A DNA stretch of 64,000 nt from Octopus bimaculoides (taxonomy: Eukaryota), in assembly GCF_001194135.2 (NCBI RefSeq), contig NC_068981.1, forward strand, positions 9,047,508 to 9,111,507, in the 5' to 3' direction. The notes beneath the pieces were generated by a model, which had not been told where the DNA came from, made no database searches, and saw only the letters and a list, made by a program, of their open reading frames with translations. How positions within the stretch are numbered: position 1 is the stretch's first letter; each line of letters starts with the position of its first letter. A program made the position numbers and the translations under genes. Below, one piece after another: positions 59,984-64,000 of the stretch.

Positions 59984-61022
59984 CAGGTGCATCAGATTTT
60001 TGAGGACAAAATTTTAATTAAGGAAAACAAAAATATTTATTTGAAAAACTAATATTTTTTTATAGAATTTAGTACAGATATTCTTAGAAATGCAGTTAAT
60101 CAAGTGATCTTCATTCATGATGGCCATAATGTCCCCAATAGCAGACATCGACGAGTCATGCCTCAGATGTAGAAGTTGAGGTGGGAGTTAAATCTGGAGA
60201 GCTAGAAGGCCAAATGTTAAGGGTAACATGATCATGAAAATTTCCAGCCAGCCACTTCTGGGACATGCAAGCGTTTCCTATGATCCAGGGCTTGACAACC
60301 ATCTTCATTGTTTTGATGTAGGCAGCTTAATTGACCCTTGGACCTTGCAAGAAGAAGTGAGATAACATGGCATGGCCCTCATTGCTCACAACTGCCAAGA
60401 CGACCACAAATAAGGGGAACTTGGTATGCATAACAGTGGGAACTTCAGGGAGGATAGCACAGAGCCATCTGTTATTCTTCCTGTTGCCTTTTCGATCTTG
60501 AACAAATTTCTTCTTATCAGAGCAAAACCAGAGCACATCAGGCTCTTGACGGCGCTTGAGTTTGTTCGGCAAGGGCTTTGACTAGATCCCACAATTCTCC
60601 TGCATCTTATTGGGTACGAACTGGTGTCTCCTCATAACATAGAATTTGTACCTGATGTCTTTGTGAATCACACATCTAATCGTTGACTCTGACACACGGA
60701 GATGATTGGCAACATCTGATTGTGAAGAATATTCTTTTTTTTTTTTTATTTTGCAAATGGAAGGCACATAACCACCAGAGAGCAGGAGATCATTTCTTAA
60801 ACATGAAGGATTTCGGGACATTTAAGAAGGTTGCAATCTCTGAATCAGTCTGGTTGGTGGCGAAGGTGACAAGAGTAGCGTCCCTTCTCCTCATTTGTGT
60901 TAGATTCGAAGTTTCTGTGTTGGGGGCAGAAAAAAAAAAACAGAAAGGTTAGATATTTAAGTTGAAGTTTGGGTCACTTATTGTTCTTAAAAATTTTGTT
61001 CTCAAAGAGATGATGCACCCTG
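59984..61022 (-). mobile_element. Tc1/mariner (maT-like) transposon, decayed, with TIRs and TA TSD
   Basis: TIR ta-caggtgcatcagatttttgaggacaaaatt versus ta-cagggtgcatcatctctttgagaacaaaatt. ORF 60327..60572 NKLK..WFCSDKKKF..NNRWL..VSNEG. Confidence 0.88.
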
Positions 61023-61944
61023 TAATTTATGCAAATGCAAACCATCCCAATGTTCCTCAAATTTGATTACTTACCTTAATATTTTGTTGGTTATTGAGTG
61101 TTTTTTTTTTCCCATGGAGATAAAAGTCAAAGAAATCTTTGGCAGTACTTAAACTTAGAACCATAAAGCTTTTTCAATCAGAACCTCTACCACAGCCCAG
61201 TAAGTTATTTTAACTTTTTCATGTTCAAAGTAGTCCACAGCAGTATCTTAAAGCAAATGTTGTAAACGTCTCATGTGATGACCTTATAAAGGATATATAA
61301 AATAGCAAAACCTTATTCTTTATCAAAGTTCATATGCATTCATTACCTCACAGATTACATTTTAAGAAGTAAGAACTGACAGATATTTACAGCAGGAAAA
61401 GATGGAAAAAAAGAATAAATATAAATCATAAAAACTGGGCTTAAAAAAATCATAGTATCAATGGTTGGTGTGGAGCAGAAGATTTTAATGGGAAAAGTTG
61501 TGATGTCTGTTTGAGATATTCATGTTCTTTTAAGGGGGTTGTAAACCAAAGTGCGAAGGGACAAATAAAAACAGGATAGCTACTACGGAAACAAGAACTG
61601 TCTTGATAATTTTTGTTGCTTGTTTCATCTAACTCCGTTTTGTTTTATAAGTTTAAGGGATGAAAGTGGTCCCGATAAGGAGACAAGGATAACTGGTGGT
61701 GGGGTGGTTAAGGAAATAATTAATACTCAGTTGACATTTGTATTAATTAATTTGTAATGGAGTAGGAAATAGGACAGAGAACACTTCTAGGGAGATGCAA
61801 TTCTGGTGAGAGAGGATTGCAACTAATTTATTTAAGTATAAATATGGATTTGGATGACTTATGTAGCAACATAGGTACCATGTTACACTTCATGTCACAA
61901 CTGCAACATAGTGGTGGTGGTGGTGGGGGGGGACTTTAGTGCGG

Positions 61945-62110
61945 CTGGCACAGAACCATCTTTCACTCCTCCAGTTCACTTTTCAATCCAGGACAAAATT
62001 CTTCTCATCTGAGAAGAACCAAAAACATGTCAGGTTCCTCAAGGTGTTTGAGTTTGTTCAACAAGTGTTTTGATTGCATCACACAGGTATCTGCTTTGAT
62101 ATTTGTGTGT
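61945..62110 (-). mobile_element. maT-like transposase fragment
   Basis: LLNKLKHLEEPDMF..FSDEKNF. Confidence 0.65.
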
Positions 62111-62479
62111 TGTACAATGTACCTCGTTAATTCATTAAGTACCACACTAATTCATTAATTAGCCCAGTGTGAATATGTGTCTGGTCGATGAATGTCTTCC
62201 CAACCATCAGACATTCTGACTTTCACCCTGGGAGCTATTTATTTGTCTGGTTTTCTCTCAAATAAGGTTTCTTGTAAAGTGACTTTTATCTCAATCTCAT
62301 CACACGATAACATTAAGAAATTGAAAAGATCTCAAAAGAAGGAAGACATTCGTCTGTACATTTCTGTTTTGCTGGTGGTGGGGAGGGGAAGAGAAGGGGA
62401 GGGCTCCTTTTGTTTAGATATAAAAGAGTCTTTTTTGATTGTTTTTTTTGTTGGTTTCTTTTGTTGTTTTGAGAAATTT

Positions 62480-63641
62480 TGCCAATGCTGCTTCTGCCTC
62501 TGCTGCTATGGGACAAAGTGGCGAACAGGGTGGCCAGTCTTACCCAGAAATGGGCTGAGAGGAAGCTGTCCCTGAAAGGTCAGGCATAGGTGGTGAATTG
62601 GCCTCCATTATGATTTATCACCTGACCGTCGTGCCTTGTCTCAGTTACTGCTTGACCAGGTTGGAGTGTCTCTTATTTAAATTCTTGTGGAAGGGATGTG
62701 TTCCAATGGTCAGGTGGTCAGTCTGTTGCCAGCATCCTCTGAGTGGTGGATTAGATATGCCATGGCTCCTTATGTGCAAATACATTCTTAGGTTACATTA
62801 CCTGCATAATTTCTGGACAGTGAGAGCATATGTGGGCTCAGTTTGTAAAGGCTTGTCTTTCTGCAGCTCATCTCCTTGACAGAGCTGCAGTCCTGGATGA
62901 AGAAAAGACCAAGACTGGGGGTCTGGCACCTAGAATGTCGTCAGGTGCTCACAGCCCTCCACCAGTCAGGCAATGGGATCAGTGGATGTTCCGCTTTAGA
63001 AATTCAAATAGGATTAGTGGTGGAGAAGTGCAACGACGTTCTCAGGGAGACTATGGACACCTACAAGAACAAACTGGCTAGTCTGTTCCGGAGAACTTTC
63101 CAGTCAGGAACTATCATGGATAATTTCCAGATGTCCTTGGCCTGGCAGTGTTACCGGGGATGGAGGGGGTGAACCACCGATTCGAGATAAACTCTACAGG
63201 CACGGATATGCTGCCAGACAGGCTTGTCCAAGATGTGCACAGAGTGACAAAACCATTCTGCATGTCCTCGTTCAGTGTCCAAGCTTTGCTGAGTTGTTGT
63301 GTTATGTTGAACAGCTGCTGTCATGTGTGGAATGGATCCATCTGTCAGTCGAATCTGTAGTGATGATTGCACTGCCGCCCTCCTTCAGTCGGCCAGACAA
63401 AACAGTTTTCCTTTGCCTGGTGGCTGTGGTGAAAGAGGTTGCTTGGTGGACACAGTTGAAAGGTATGAGGGCAGACACATTCCTCTCTGGTAGAGCTCTC
63501 ATTGACTTCTTCAAGTTTCACTTGAAAAGAAAATTGAGAGTGGAGAGGGAAGTGCTGTCCTCGAGTGAGTTTACTGAAAGGTGGGTGAAAGTTGCGAAAA
63601 TGGCAAGAGTGGATGGTACCTCTCTAAGGGTAGACCTGTGA
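62480..63641 (+). mobile_element. Tx1/L1-clade LINE, post-RT C-terminal region
   Basis: ERKLSLKG, LFKFLWKG.VPMVR.SVCCQHPLSGGLDMPWL, VKEVAWWT..LIDFFKFHLKRKLRVER. Confidence 0.85.
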
Positions 63642-63649
63642 GTAGAAGA

Positions 63650-63895
63650 GAAAGAATTGGAGAGGGCACTGGCACTTTTTCAGTCCGAACTTCATTCTGA
63701 TATCAGCGCTGAAGGTATACACCGTATCAACGAGGGAACTGACTTGGGATTCATCTTTACCATAAAGTTTGAATAACAAAGTGGTTGACTTTTTGTTGGT
63801 GGCTTTTGAATACATTCCCAGCCTTTGCTTTCCTCAGAATCAGCATTAGTGGTATCATGTGGAGACAGGCGGTCACCTTGGAAGATGCCTCTCAT
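63650..63895 (-). mobile_element. R4/Dong-like RT fragment abutting (TAA)n
   Basis: MRGIFQGDRLSP, then after a frameshift LYGKDESQVSSLVDTVYTFSADIRMKFGLKKC. Confidence 0.65.
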
Positions 63896-63896
63896 T

Positions 63897-63915
63897 ATTG
63901 TTATTATTATTATTA

Positions 63916-63961
<46 letters not shown>

Positions 63962-63978
63962 CATTATTATTATTATTG
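63897..63978. repeat. (TAT)n / (TAA)n microsatellite
   Basis: Direct reading. Confidence 0.95.
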
Positions 63979-64000
63979 TTCAGTAGTTTTATTTTTATAA

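Overview
AT-rich, microsatellite- and retroelement-dense animal genomic DNA. The repeat families suggest an octopus/coleoid cephalopod; this is an inference. I reconstructed three spliced genes by hand. (1) VPS35 (retromer), minus strand, coding exons 1-8 from 18615 to 981; the gene continues off the left edge. (2) ORC6, plus strand, 18895-25626, with a probable extra or alternative terminal exon at 27248-27258. (3) BLOC1S4 (cappuccino), plus strand, 31082-40184, 5 coding exons, 180 aa. VPS35 and ORC6 are head-to-head, with 279 bp between their ATGs and a palindromic E2F site between them, the same arrangement as in human. VPS35 intron 3 (9051-9703) has a U12 (minor spliceosome) donor, GTATCCTTT, but ends in TG rather than AG. 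The rest is transposon debris: RTE LINEs (one family with a PHD finger inside the RT region and a modular hairpin 3' UTR, another with C-terminal C2H2 fingers), CORE and Deu/Nin SINEs, maT-type Tc1/mariner elements, a hAT MITE, Penelope-like elements, and Tx1/L1, R4/Dong-like and CRE-like remnants. I found no gene right of about 40.4 kb. There are six N-gaps. All homology calls come from remembered protein sequences and motifs; no database search was run.
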